Assembly: GCA_050125095.1 (NCBI GenBank)
Contig: JASFEA010000005.1
Location: 1-47,709 of the forward strand
DNA from: a bacterium
GTDB taxonomy: Bacteria; Arandabacterota; Arandabacteria; Arandabacterales; JALGWA01
DNA length: 47,709 nt
Direction of reading: 5' to 3'
The position numbers were made by a program, and so were the translations under genes. Within the stretch, counting starts at the first letter, position 1. Every line of letters begins with the position of its first letter. Shown in pieces: positions 7,682 to 17,285 of this stretch. Under the pieces are notes generated by a model, which saw only the letters and a program-made list of their open reading frames with translations, searched no databases and was not told where the DNA came from.

Positions 7682-10609
7682 ATGAAGCGGAGTACTTTTG
7701 GCAGGGTATACCTGTATACCCTGGTCGTGCTCTCGGTCGTGGCGGTCTCCGCGATAGGGATACTCGCCACTGAGGCTACCAATGACCAGGTAGCGGAGTA
7801 CCAGCCGGATGGAAACGGGTTCTGCCCGACGGTGCCCATGAGGGCTTATCCGGACTACCGGCCCGCGCCCGTGCTCGGGGGCGTTCCTCTGGGGGCGACC
7901 CTCACTCCCGAGTCACTGGACGTATGGCTGAGTCCGGGCGAGACATTCGTAGAGCAGAAGCTGCTGTGCATCCCCAAGGACGAGCTCCCCACGAAGGCGG
8001 ACATACTTATATGCTTCGACCTCACCGGGAGCATGGGGGGCGAGCTTGAAGAGGTCAAGAAGAACGCCATCGAAATAATGGAAGGCGTGAGGGCGATGGT
8101 GCCCGACACCTACTTCGGGGTGATCTCGCATAAGGACTATCCGGGCTCATACAGCGGTTGCGGCTATGGCGCCCAGTACGGCGATCCGGCGGACGGCGAT
8201 ACGCCATACTCGCTCAATATACCGCTGACGTCGAGCCTCTCCTCCGTGCACGGCACCATCAACGGGCTGTCGCTGGGCGACGGCTCGGACGCCCCGGAAT
8301 CCTACAGCCGGGCGCTTCACGCGGCCTGCACCGACGAAGGGATCGGCTGGCGCCGTGACGCCAAGAAGATCGTGCTGCAGTGGGGAGACAATGTTCCCCA
8401 TGACTGCAACTACGGCGACTGCAATGGGCTTCCCGGCACGACGGGCCCCGATCCGGGCCCCGACGGCATTGCGGGCAATGGCGACGATCTCGAGATCCTC
8501 GACGTCATCAATGCAATGGATGACGCCAGGATAACGCTGATCTCGATGTACAGCGGTCTTTCCATGAACAAGCTCAAGCTGTGGAACTGCCTGGCCAAGA
8601 GAACAGGCGGCGCGGCATTCGAGCTCAATACCGACGGCACGGTCGTGGGCGACGCCGACATTGCCGATTTCGTCGTCGACGTGATCGGCCAGCAGTTCAG
8701 GGAGATCCACTACCTCACTCTCGAGGCATGCGATCCCGACTTCGACGAATGGCTGGTCGACGTGGACCCGGATGCGTATGAAGACGTGGTGCTGGACGAT
8801 GACAAGTGTTTCGAGTTCACCATAACGCTTCAGGTGCCTGAGTTCACCGAGCCCGGCGACTACTGCTTCGAGATATGCGCGGTGGGCGATGCCGCCGTCT
8901 ACGCCAAGCAGAACGTGTGCATTCACGTGAGGCCGGACGAGTGCTTTGACATAGGCATCGGAGACGCGACGGGCAACGCCGGCGAGATCGTCCGCGTCCC
9001 CGTCACCATGCAGGAGACCGACGGCTGGGGGATTCACCTTGTCGACATAGACATATGCTGGTGCGCCGAGAAGGAATCGGCAATTTCGCTTGCGGGCTTC
9101 GCCCCGGGTTCGATGATGAGCGAGAACGACCTCGAAGTCAACGCGACCGGAACGGGGAGAAACTGCCTGAGCTTCGTGGCCAAGTCCGAGAAGGCGCTCA
9201 TAGGAAGCGGAACGCTCTTCTTCATCGACTTCCTCATAGCTCAGGACGCCGACCCGTGCGACTGCTGCGACGTCATTTTCGCGTCGGTCAACTTCGATAA
9301 TTCCCAATTCATTGAGATATGCCCCGTGGACGGCTCTGTCTGTCTCGAGAATTGCGCGATTGACGGCTATGTCCACAACTGGTACTGCACTGAAGGCCCT
9401 GTTCTCACAGACCCGCTGTTGGATGTCGAGCTCATCATCGATATGTGGTGCGGGATTCCCGAACTCGGCGATCCGCTTGCAACGGCCTATACCGACGAGA
9501 CGGGCTACTACCAGTTCGACTGCCTGGCGCCTCTCAACAACATCGACAATTCGCTGGACAGGGAATGGTGTGAGTACTGCGTCACCCCGGTTGACGTCGA
9601 GATGCCGGAAGGCTGGATAACGGCCTATGACGCGTCGCTCGTTCTCAGGTATCTAAACAGCGTTCACAATCTGGACAAGTGCCCATTCGCGCACCGCTAC
9701 GGCACGTCCTACCCGCAGAGGATCGCGGGCGACGTCAACTGCACGGAAACTCTGCAGGAGATGGACGCCACCCTGATTCTGCAGTATGTCGTCGGCCTTA
9801 TTACCGACTTCGCGTGCTGCGACGAGTTTGTCTTCGTGCCGGATATGATCTGCACGCCGGGCTGCCCGGACGCCCTCGACTTCATCGCGGTCTTGAAGGG
9901 CGATGTTTCGGGCCCGATGCCCGACCCGGTGCTGGAGGACGCGCACATCAAGGTCGGAATACCGAGGCATTACTACAATGGCGATGTCGGCTATGTCGAA
10001 GTGCCAATCAAGGTGAGAAACGCTCTCGAGATATTCTCGATAGAGTTCATGCTCGCCTACGACGAATCGAAGCTCACGGTGGAGTCTGTGGTCCCGGCAG
10101 GCATGGCCGGTTCGTATAGCTGCGTCTACAATGACCTGGGCGGCTCCATAAAAGTAGCGCTCGCGGGCTTCATGAGCTTCAGCGGCAGCGGCAGGATCGC
10201 GCTGGTGACGTTCAAGAAGAAGGACCATCGCGTGCCGATAGCGCATACCGAACTTACGCTCAACGAGGCCCTGTTCAACGAGGGCGATCCGCCGGCCGTC
10301 ATCGACGGGCATTCCTATGACGGCGAGATCGTGCGATTCTCGCTCGGCCCCGTGGCGCCCAATCCGTTTGCGGACGGGACGGTGATCGGTTTCAGCGCTC
10401 CGCAGGCTTCGCGCGTTGCGATCAAGATCTTCAACGTGAACGGCCAGGCCGTGCGGACGGTGATGAACGGCGGTGTCGAAGCGGGCTATCACCAGATAGG
10501 CTGGGACGGCCGCGACGACTCCGGCGCCAGGGTGGCCCGCGGAGTCTACTTCTGCAGAATGGAAGCAGGCGCGTTCTCGGCCACCGAGAAGCTCGTGTTC
10601 ATTAAATAG
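7682..10609 (+). CDS. Secreted Cys-rich VWA-cohesin-dockerin-cohesin-FlgD protein (paralog of 4283)
   Basis: [76 protein letters not shown]. Confidence 0.85.
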   Translation: MKRSTFGRVYLYTLVVLSVVAVSAIGILATEATNDQVAEYQPDGNGFCPTVPMRAYPDYRPAPVLGGVPLGATLTPESLDVWLSPGETFVEQKLLCIPKDELPTKADILICFDLTGSMGGELEEVKKNAIEIMEGVRAMVPDTYFGVISHKDYPGSYSGCGYGAQYGDPADGDTPYSLNIPLTSSLSSVHGTINGLSLGDGSDAPESYSRALHAACTDEGIGWRRDAKKIVLQWGDNVPHDCNYGDCNGLPGTTGPDPGPDGIAGNGDDLEILDVINAMDDARITLISMYSGLSMNKLKLWNCLAKRTGGAAFELNTDGTVVGDADIADFVVDVIGQQFREIHYLTLEACDPDFDEWLVDVDPDAYEDVVLDDDKCFEFTITLQVPEFTEPGDYCFEICAVGDAAVYAKQNVCIHVRPDECFDIGIGDATGNAGEIVRVPVTMQETDGWGIHLVDIDICWCAEKESAISLAGFAPGSMMSENDLEVNATGTGRNCLSFVAKSEKALIGSGTLFFIDFLIAQDADPCDCCDVIFASVNFDNSQFIEICPVDGSVCLENCAIDGYVHNWYCTEGPVLTDPLLDVELIIDMWCGIPELGDPLATAYTDETGYYQFDCLAPLNNIDNSLDREWCEYCVTPVDVEMPEGWITAYDASLVLRYLNSVHNLDKCPFAHRYGTSYPQRIAGDVNCTETLQEMDATLILQYVVGLITDFACCDEFVFVPDMICTPGCPDALDFIAVLKGDVSGPMPDPVLEDAHIKVGIPRHYYNGDVGYVEVPIKVRNALEIFSIEFMLAYDESKLTVESVVPAGMAGSYSCVYNDLGGSIKVALAGFMSFSGSGRIALVTFKKKDHRVPIAHTELTLNEALFNEGDPPAVIDGHSYDGEIVRFSLGPVAPNPFADGTVIGFSAPQASRVAIKIFNVNGQAVRTVMNGGVEAGYHQIGWDGRDDSGARVARGVYFCRMEAGAFSATEKLVFIK

Positions 10610-10631
10610 CTGGCTCTGTTCGTAGACCCCT

Positions 10632-10669
10632 GGGGGCAGGTTCCTGAGGGACCTGCCCCCCTTGCTTTT
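10632..10669 (+). terminator. Intrinsic terminator
   Basis: GGGGGCAGGT...ACCTGCCCCC stem followed by CTTGCTTTT. Confidence 0.65.
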
Positions 10670-10804
10670 CCCCGGAGCCTTCTTCCCGAGTCCGCCATAT
10701 GAGTTGATTTGCTGCGGGTTTTCTGGTAACCTTGATGAGAAATGAAGAGAGCCGCATTGAACGACCGGGCGGGGCGCTGGAGGGCCGTACACGGGAGGAT
10801 GCAT

Positions 10805-11581
10805 ATGTCTTTGAGAAAAGAAGTTCTAGCGGGTTTGTTTGCGGCAGGATTGCTTGTCGCTGCCACAGGGGCAGGCGCGATAGAGATGTCAATGCCCGAT
10901 ACTACGGCCGCCCGGGGCGAAACGCTGTATATTCCCGTATGGTCATCCGACCTGACGGACTCCAATGTCTATTCCTACCAGTTCATCATGTCCTATGATT
11001 CAGCGTTCGTGAAGATAGTCGACGTGTCAAACGACGGCTCGATCACGGACGTGCCCCCATGGCTGGGCCCGGCTTGGCATATAAGAGAGGGAGAGGACTC
11101 CCTCAGGGTTGCGTCGGCCGGGGTTGAGCCGCTCTCAGGCGAGGGGCTGTTCGTTCTCATAGGCCTGGAAGTGCTGGCCACGGCGCCTGCCGACTCGGGC
11201 ATATACCTCGACCTGCATGACTTCGTGTTGAATGAGGGCGTGCCCGGCGCGGTCCCCGACGGCGGGTGGCTATTCATCGGCTCCGCCGGTGTCGAGCCGG
11301 TCCGCGGAGACTCGGGCGGCCCGGTGAGACTTGAAAGGCTGTCCTCCACTTCCGTGCGCTGGCATCTGGCTGACGCGGATACGCATGACTCGCGCCTCGA
11401 GATATACGATGCTTTCGGCAGGTTCGTGGCCTCGGTGCGGCCCGCCGCGGCGGACGACGCCGTAGCTTTCACCTGGGAAGGCAGGAACTCTGGAGGCGGC
11501 GCCGTCTCCGGCGGGGTTTACTTCTACAAGCTGACGTCGGGCGAGAAGCAATACAGCGGTAAAGTCTGCATCCTGAAGTAA
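10805..11581 (+). CDS. Secreted single-cohesin protein with FlgD-like C-terminal domain
   Basis: Signal peptide; GETLYIPV..DL...VYSYQF.MSYD...LRVASAG..PLSGEG (cohesin-like); IYDAFGRFV...FTWEGRN..G.AVSGGVYFYKL. GGAGG RBS. Confidence 0.75.
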   Translation: MSLRKEVLAGLFAAGLLVAATGAGAIEMSMPDTTAARGETLYIPVWSSDLTDSNVYSYQFIMSYDSAFVKIVDVSNDGSITDVPPWLGPAWHIREGEDSLRVASAGVEPLSGEGLFVLIGLEVLATAPADSGIYLDLHDFVLNEGVPGAVPDGGWLFIGSAGVEPVRGDSGGPVRLERLSSTSVRWHLADADTHDSRLEIYDAFGRFVASVRPAAADDAVAFTWEGRNSGGGAVSGGVYFYKLTSGEKQYSGKVCILK

Positions 11582-11764
11582 AGGGCGGGCTTTCGCTTGC
11601 GTCCGCATGGATTACGTTCTCATCGCCATAATTCCACTTTCCCATAAGGAAACGGCATCAATTGCTGCCTGCACCCCTGCCGCCTTATTTTCAATGGACT
11701 TAGCTGGGTCATGGCAGTCCGGAAATGGGCCGAATTATTATATTGTTAGGTTTCGTACAATATA

Positions 11765-11794
11765 TTGACATCCTCATCTCAATCATGATACAAT
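11765..11794 (+). promoter_or_regulatory. Sigma70-type promoter for 11932 gene
   Basis: TTGACA-N18-TACAAT with TG extension. Confidence 0.6.
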
Positions 11795-11931
11795 ACGCTG
11801 CCAATATGGGGGTCGTATGCCCCTGTGCATACGATTTCTGCTACTTCGCAATCGGGGCGCATGAGACGGTGGGAGGAGCTGCTGCGCGATCCAGTTTTCC
11901 TGCGTTCCGGAACAGGAAAGGAGCGCTCTCC

Positions 11932-14817
11932 ATGAGACGCCACGCCTTGGTTATAGCCCTGCTTCTTTTAGCTCTTGTGGCGACGGTGCCGTCCGGCACT
12001 TCCGCCATCGAGGGCAAAAAGGACTTCGTGGACGAGGACAGTTACGGCCAGGGGGAATTCGTCGGTTACCGGGCCAATTTGCCCGCCCGCCAGTATCACG
12101 AACACGCCTACCTCCCGAGCCAGGTCGCCGACCAGGCGACCCTGACGCCCGACACATTGAGGGCGACGCTTCAGGCCGGGCAGTCGGTGGAGGAGCACAA
12201 GATCCTCCACCTGCCGCCGGATGTGGCTCCGGCTAAAGGTGACATTATATTCTCCTTCGACGTCACCGGCAGCATGGGGAACGCTATCGCAGAGGTTAAG
12301 AACAACGCGTCCGCCATCATGGATTCGGTGAGGGCTCTCATTCCCGACACTTATTTCGGTGTCATGTCGCATCAGGACTACCCGGCATTCTACGACTACT
12401 GCGGCTACGCCGAGGCTTATGGCAACCCCGATGTCGGAGATTCGCCCTACAGGCTCAACCAGCCGCTAACGGGCGACCTAATGGCCGTGCATGGCGCGAT
12501 AAACGGCCTGACCCTGGGCGACGGGGCCGACGGGCCCGAATCATACGCCCGGGTGCTTTACGAGGCCACGGCTGACGCCACCGTGGGCTGGCGTGACGGC
12601 TCCACCAAGATGGTGATCCTCTGGGGAGACAATGTGCCGCATGACTGCGACTACAGGCGCTGCATCGGGGGCAGCGGCACCACGGGTATAGATCCCGGCC
12701 GCGACGAGGTCGCCGGAACGGCGGACGACCTGGAGATCCTGGATGTCATCACCGATATGGCCCTCCAGGACATTTTACTACTTGCCATGTACAACGGTCT
12801 CTCTCCGACCACCCTGAACCTCTGGAACTGCTGGGCCAAGAGGACCGGCGGAGCGTCCTTTGAAGTCAACCCTGACGGCACGGTTCCCGGCGGCGAGGAC
12901 CTGCCTTCCTATATAGCGGGTATCATCAGCGAGCAGTTCAGCGAGATAGACGTCATGACCCTGGAGGTCTGCCAGCCCGAGTACGCCGCCTGGCTTACCG
13001 ACGTCAATCCGGCAGCCTATTATGACATCACGCTGGACGTGGCGCATGATCTTCACTTCGACATAACCATAACGGTCCCGCCGGGAACGCTCGCCGGGCT
13101 CTATTGCTTCGATATCTGCGCGGTGGGTGACGGCGCAATATACGCCACGCAGAACGTCTGCATAAGGGTGCTGCCCGGCGGCTGCATCGACCTCGAGATC
13201 GGTTGCGTGTATGACGCCGACCCGTTCGCCATGATCAGCGTTCCCGTGTTCGCGGGCGACTTCGACGACTGGGGGATCGACGGCGTGGACGTCGAGGTCT
13301 GCTGGTGCGACGAGCCCGCGGGCTTCATGACCTTCTATGACTGCACACCGGGCCCGGTGCTCAACAACGCCGGCTGGACGGGTTTCTACTGCGAGTCCAC
13401 CGGTCCGAACTGCATAACGTTCCACGCGAGCGATGGCACTACGCTCAGCGGTTCGGATACGCTCTTTACGCTTCACTTCATGCCTGACGAGGGTGCGGCT
13501 CCTTGCGAATGCTGCAGCCTCACCTTCGGAGACATTTCGCTCACCGCCGGCCAGTTCGAGGCGCCGGTGTGCTCGGTCGAGTGCGAGGTATGCATAGCCG
13601 CATGCAGCGTCGAGGGCTATGTCTTCAACTGGTACTGCGAGGAGAACGGCGAAGTCGTGCGCACGCATCCAATCGAAGGCGCCGACGTGATTCTCGACTG
13701 GTGCGGGACTCCGCAGGGAGGGCGCGTCACCGACTCGGACGGCTACTATCTCTTCGACTGCCTGCCGCCGGAGTATGAGTGCCCGTGGTGCGTGACGGCC
13801 CAGCACCCGCCCATCCCGGGGAATATCCGCGCGTATGACGCCTCGCTCATCCTGCAGTACACCGTTGGGGCGCTGGATCTCATGGACTGCCCGTTCGAAA
13901 CCGACGGCGGCACGGTCTATCCTCAGAGGGTGGCCGGCGACGTCAGCTGCGCGGGCGGACTCGGCGCGTACGACGCTTCCATAATTCTCCAGTTCGTGGT
14001 AATGTACATAGACTCGTGGCCCTGCGGCTACTTCTGGGAGTTCATCCCCAGCCAGGACTGCGACTGGGAATGCAACAAGCAGATAGACTTCATGGGAGTG
14101 CTTCTCGGCGACGTCTCGGGCCCTATGCCCCCGCCGCCGGCTGATCCCGACCAGGTGCCCGTGTGGCTCGACGTTCCCACGCATTACAGCGACAAAGTCG
14201 AGCTCGTCATAAAGATAAAGAACGGCGCTGCGATCTGCGCGGGCGAGTTCGTGGTCACGTTCGATTCGGACGCGCTGAATTTCAATGTGGCCGAAGCCGT
14301 TGGGGTCGCGGACGGCTTCATGGTGGCGACATTTGAGCCCTCTCCCGGCACGCTCAACGTAGCGATAGCCGGCAACGAATGCGTGGACGGTTCCGGCAGG
14401 CTCGTGAAGCTGACTTTCGATAAGAAGTACATGTCCATGCCTGTCGTGGAGCCCATGGTGGAGCTCTACTCGGCGCTCTTCAATGAGGGCGTGCCCGAAG
14501 CCGCCATAAAGGACAGGGACTGGGAGGAAGAGGTGCACGGTCTCGTATCGCTCGGACCGGTGTCGCCCAATCCGTTCGCGACGGGCACCGACATCAGGTT
14601 CAGTCTTCCTTCCACGGCGGCGGTCAAGATCGACATCTACGACGTGACGGGGCAGCTCGTCCGGACGCTTGTGGATGAGGACATCTCGGCCGGGGCGCAT
14701 AACGTGGGCTGGGACGGCACGGATTCCTCCGGCGACAGGGTGGCCCGTGGAGTCTACTTCGTGCGCATGGCCGCCGGTGAATTCCGGGCCTCGGAGAAGA
14801 TCGTCCTTCTCAAGTAG
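11932..14817 (+). CDS. Secreted Cys-rich VWA-cohesin-dockerin-cohesin-FlgD protein (third VWA paralog)
   Basis: ATG 11932 after AAAGGAG; signal peptide; [54 protein letters not shown]; FlgD-like tail. Confidence 0.85.
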   Translation: MRRHALVIALLLLALVATVPSGTSAIEGKKDFVDEDSYGQGEFVGYRANLPARQYHEHAYLPSQVADQATLTPDTLRATLQAGQSVEEHKILHLPPDVAPAKGDIIFSFDVTGSMGNAIAEVKNNASAIMDSVRALIPDTYFGVMSHQDYPAFYDYCGYAEAYGNPDVGDSPYRLNQPLTGDLMAVHGAINGLTLGDGADGPESYARVLYEATADATVGWRDGSTKMVILWGDNVPHDCDYRRCIGGSGTTGIDPGRDEVAGTADDLEILDVITDMALQDILLLAMYNGLSPTTLNLWNCWAKRTGGASFEVNPDGTVPGGEDLPSYIAGIISEQFSEIDVMTLEVCQPEYAAWLTDVNPAAYYDITLDVAHDLHFDITITVPPGTLAGLYCFDICAVGDGAIYATQNVCIRVLPGGCIDLEIGCVYDADPFAMISVPVFAGDFDDWGIDGVDVEVCWCDEPAGFMTFYDCTPGPVLNNAGWTGFYCESTGPNCITFHASDGTTLSGSDTLFTLHFMPDEGAAPCECCSLTFGDISLTAGQFEAPVCSVECEVCIAACSVEGYVFNWYCEENGEVVRTHPIEGADVILDWCGTPQGGRVTDSDGYYLFDCLPPEYECPWCVTAQHPPIPGNIRAYDASLILQYTVGALDLMDCPFETDGGTVYPQRVAGDVSCAGGLGAYDASIILQFVVMYIDSWPCGYFWEFIPSQDCDWECNKQIDFMGVLLGDVSGPMPPPPADPDQVPVWLDVPTHYSDKVELVIKIKNGAAICAGEFVVTFDSDALNFNVAEAVGVADGFMVATFEPSPGTLNVAIAGNECVDGSGRLVKLTFDKKYMSMPVVEPMVELYSALFNEGVPEAAIKDRDWEEEVHGLVSLGPVSPNPFATGTDIRFSLPSTAAVKIDIYDVTGQLVRTLVDEDISAGAHNVGWDGTDSSGDRVARGVYFVRMAAGEFRASEKIVLLK

Positions 14818-14844
14818 GCGGAGCGTATAGATGGAGGTTAGTGG

Positions 14845-14917
14845 TCCCCCGGCACCCAGGTGCCGGGGGATTCATCGGGGGGCATGCAACCCACGCGCAT
14901 GCCCCTCGCAGTCTTTT
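14845..14917 (+). terminator. Double hairpin 3' element / terminator
   Basis: TCCCCCGGCAC-CCAG-GTGCCGGGGGA, then GGGGCATGC...GCATGCCCC, then a T-rich tract. Confidence 0.65.
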
Positions 14918-14971
14918 CATTTTCCCACAGGAAACTTCTGGATTTTTTGCTAAATTACGTAAATATCCACT

Positions 14972-15000
14972 TTGACACAATTCACTATATCTGATATACT
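14972..15000 (+). promoter_or_regulatory. Sigma70-type promoter (conserved cassette promoter 1)
   Basis: TTGACA-N17-TATACT; context TTTGACA...TCTGRTATACTGC shared by five genes. Confidence 0.8.
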
Positions 15001-15091
15001 GCCGCCGCTGTTTTAAAGGACCGGGCTTGGGGTCAAAGGACGGGTCTACTTCCCGGTCATAAGAGCAGACTCAGACTCACTCCTCATTTGC

Positions 15092-15110
15092 GTGGGGCAA
15101 AGAAAGGAGG
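15092..15110 (+). promoter_or_regulatory. Conserved 5'-leader motif copy 1 (orphan SD-containing)
   Basis: GTGGGGCAAAGAAAGGAGG, 82 nt upstream of ATG 15193. Confidence 0.75.
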
Positions 15111-15192
15111 GGATGCGGCACCCCCGCGGGAAGCACATGCCAACCAAAGTCTGTCTAATCAGTAGTTAGAACAAGGAGGAGGTAGAAAGACA

Positions 15193-16953
15193 ATGCTGCG
15201 CAGATCAGCGCTTATCTTTGCCGCGGTTCTTCTCGCCGTCGGTCTGGCTGCGCCCGCGTTCTCGGCTGAGACCGGCGGCAAGCTGGATGATTGCATTTCC
15301 ATACGTATAGGCGACATCATCGCCGACCCGGGCGAGGACATCTCCGTGCCGGTTTACCTTTCGGACGTGACCGGCTGGGGCGTAATGGCCTTCGAGCTGG
15401 AGATATGCTGGTGCGAACTCCCGGCGGGGCTTCTCCAGTACGTGCGATGCAGGCCCGGCGAAATTCTTACCAATGCTGTGGGCTGGGGGCCGCCCGTCTG
15501 CGGTCAATGCGGGCCCAACTGTGTGGATATTGCGGACGCCGGCGCTTTTGCCCTGGAAGGCAGCGGCGTGCTGTTATATCTCGACTTCCATATAAGCGCC
15601 AACGCCAAGCCGTGCATGTGTTGTGAACTGTGGTTCGAGGAGGTCAACCTGTACGATCCGGAAGACCCGCTCAATGTCTGTGGCAGCGGAGGCGAGGTCT
15701 GCATAGACTGGTGCGACATCAGCGGGACCATCATGGCCTGGTACTGCGCCTACGATGGCTGCGGCGACCTGTTCCGCACTACGCCGCTCCCCGGGGTCCG
15801 CGTGCACCTGTACCAGTGTGATGAACCCGTCGCCACTACTTACACCGACGATGCGGGCAAGTTCCTGTTCGAATGCATGCCGCCCCTTCCCATCCCGGGC
15901 GAGAAAGAAGTCTGTCCCTACTGCGTCGAGATAGACTACTGCGCGGTGCCGCGCGGCCTGATTACGGCATTCGACGCCGCCATCGTACTCAAGTATCTCG
16001 TGTGCTTGGACGACCTCATGTGCTGCCCCATCTTCCAGTGCGGCGACTGGGTGTACCCGCAGATGGTGGCTGCGGACGTGAACTGCACGGATGTTATCAC
16101 CGCCTATGACGCGTCCCTCATTCTGCAGTATGTAGTGGGCCTCATCCCGGCATTCCCGTGCCCGGACATGTGGAGCTGGTACTTCGCGCTCTGCCGGAAT
16201 TGCGAGCATTACTGCCCGGCCGGCTTTGGAATAACAGGGGTCCTCAAGGGCGACGTATCGGGATACTGCTATCGTGATGCCCCGGTTCTCACGGGAGCCT
16301 CGCCCGAGATCGAGCTGGGGATTCCGAGGCACTTCGGCGATTATGTCGACGTGCCCGTCAGCGTGAAAAACGCGACTGACATTCACTCGGCGCAGTTCGA
16401 AGTGACTTATAATGAAAGGGACTTCGCCGTCATAAGCGTCGAGACGGCGGGGCCCGCCAGCGGCTTCCTGTCGGCGTTCAACGCCGACGGCGGCAGCCTG
16501 CTCGTGGCCATGGCTAGCTCATCGAGCTTCAGCGGAAACGGCGACATAGCCGTGATACGGCTCAAGAAGAAGCATGCGCCCATACCGACGGCCTCCACGC
16601 GCATGGAGATGGCAAGCGCTCTCTTGAATGAGACGGCGCCAGCCATCGACAAGAAGCCGCGCGACGCGGAAATCGTGCGGTTCGGGCTCGGGCCTATATC
16701 GCCCAACCCGTTCACCGACGACGCCGTTATCGCCTACAGCGCGCCTTCGAGCTCGGGCCTCTCAATCGGTATCTACGATGTGAATGGCCGCCTCATACGC
16801 GCCCTGCGAAGCGGCGGGGTCAGCGCCGGCACCCATCAGGTGACCTGGGACGGCCGGGACGAAAACGGCGTCAGGGTGGCCAGGGGCGTCTACTTCTGTC
16901 GCATGAACGCCGGCGAGTTCAGCGCCACCGAGAAGGTGGTATTGCTTAAATAG
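15193..16953 (+). CDS. Secreted Cys-rich cohesin-dockerin-cohesin-FlgD protein
   Basis: Signal peptide; [80 protein letters not shown]. Confidence 0.85.
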   Translation: MLRRSALIFAAVLLAVGLAAPAFSAETGGKLDDCISIRIGDIIADPGEDISVPVYLSDVTGWGVMAFELEICWCELPAGLLQYVRCRPGEILTNAVGWGPPVCGQCGPNCVDIADAGAFALEGSGVLLYLDFHISANAKPCMCCELWFEEVNLYDPEDPLNVCGSGGEVCIDWCDISGTIMAWYCAYDGCGDLFRTTPLPGVRVHLYQCDEPVATTYTDDAGKFLFECMPPLPIPGEKEVCPYCVEIDYCAVPRGLITAFDAAIVLKYLVCLDDLMCCPIFQCGDWVYPQMVAADVNCTDVITAYDASLILQYVVGLIPAFPCPDMWSWYFALCRNCEHYCPAGFGITGVLKGDVSGYCYRDAPVLTGASPEIELGIPRHFGDYVDVPVSVKNATDIHSAQFEVTYNERDFAVISVETAGPASGFLSAFNADGGSLLVAMASSSSFSGNGDIAVIRLKKKHAPIPTASTRMEMASALLNETAPAIDKKPRDAEIVRFGLGPISPNPFTDDAVIAYSAPSSSGLSIGIYDVNGRLIRALRSGGVSAGTHQVTWDGRDENGVRVARGVYFCRMNAGEFSATEKVVLLK

Positions 16954-16985
16954 GACATTTCCAAGCGTGCCGTTACGGCGCGTCC

Positions 16986-17023
16986 GAGGGGGCATGGTCC
17001 CAGGGGGCATGCCCCCCTCTTTT
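16986..17023 (+). terminator. Intrinsic terminator (GGGGCATG family)
   Basis: GAGGGGGCATG...CATGCCCCCCTC-TTTT. Confidence 0.75.
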
Positions 17024-17075
17024 GTCCGCGCATCCCATGTGGTAAATCTCATGAAAGCAGCCTATATCAAATAAT

Positions 17076-17104
17076 TTGACAAAGTTTATAGTTTCTGATA
17101 TACT
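17076..17104 (+). promoter_or_regulatory. Sigma70-type promoter (cassette promoter 2)
   Basis: TTGACA-N17-TATACT. Confidence 0.8.
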
Positions 17105-17193
17105 GCAATTCGTTGCGAGAGCCGGAGATATGGGACTGCGGCAGTCCCGTATTGCCCGGTCTCGCAAAAGACACTCAATAACTCCTCAATCGT

Positions 17194-17212
17194 GTGGGGC
17201 AAAGAAAGGAGG
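17194..17212 (+). promoter_or_regulatory. Conserved 5'-leader motif copy 2
   Basis: GTGGGGCAAAGAAAGGAGG, preceded by a long hairpin at about 17113-17167. Confidence 0.75.
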
Positions 17213-17285
17213 CGAGTCACTCAGCAGTATCCCCCTGGGGAGTACACGCCGACGGTATTCTGTTTAAGTAGGAGGTTTGACAACA

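Noticed and set aside
11725-11931. Upstream extensions of ORFs (11725, 21430, 23674, 39552, 2000)
   Set aside because: They overlap promoters, leaders or upstream genes; downstream starts have an RBS and, for the secreted proteins, place the signal peptide at the N-terminus.
12778-14700. Long antisense ORFs (also 8147-9376, 17583-18950, 21820-23304, 24073-25662, 43102-44067)
   Set aside because: They mirror well-supported genes on the opposite strand, have no motifs, and are expected shadows of GC-rich codon usage.
15092-15110. Leader motif as a c-di-GMP-I (GEMM) riboswitch because of GGCAAA
   Set aside because: The two-stem GEMM layout with GNRA loop and receptor is not recognisable, and conservation is limited to about 19-30 nt. 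An Rfam scan is still advisable.
15110-15170. Leader peptides initiated from the orphan SD
   Set aside because: Short ORFs follow in some copies, but spacing, frame and sequence are not conserved, and copy 2 has no suitably placed start codon.
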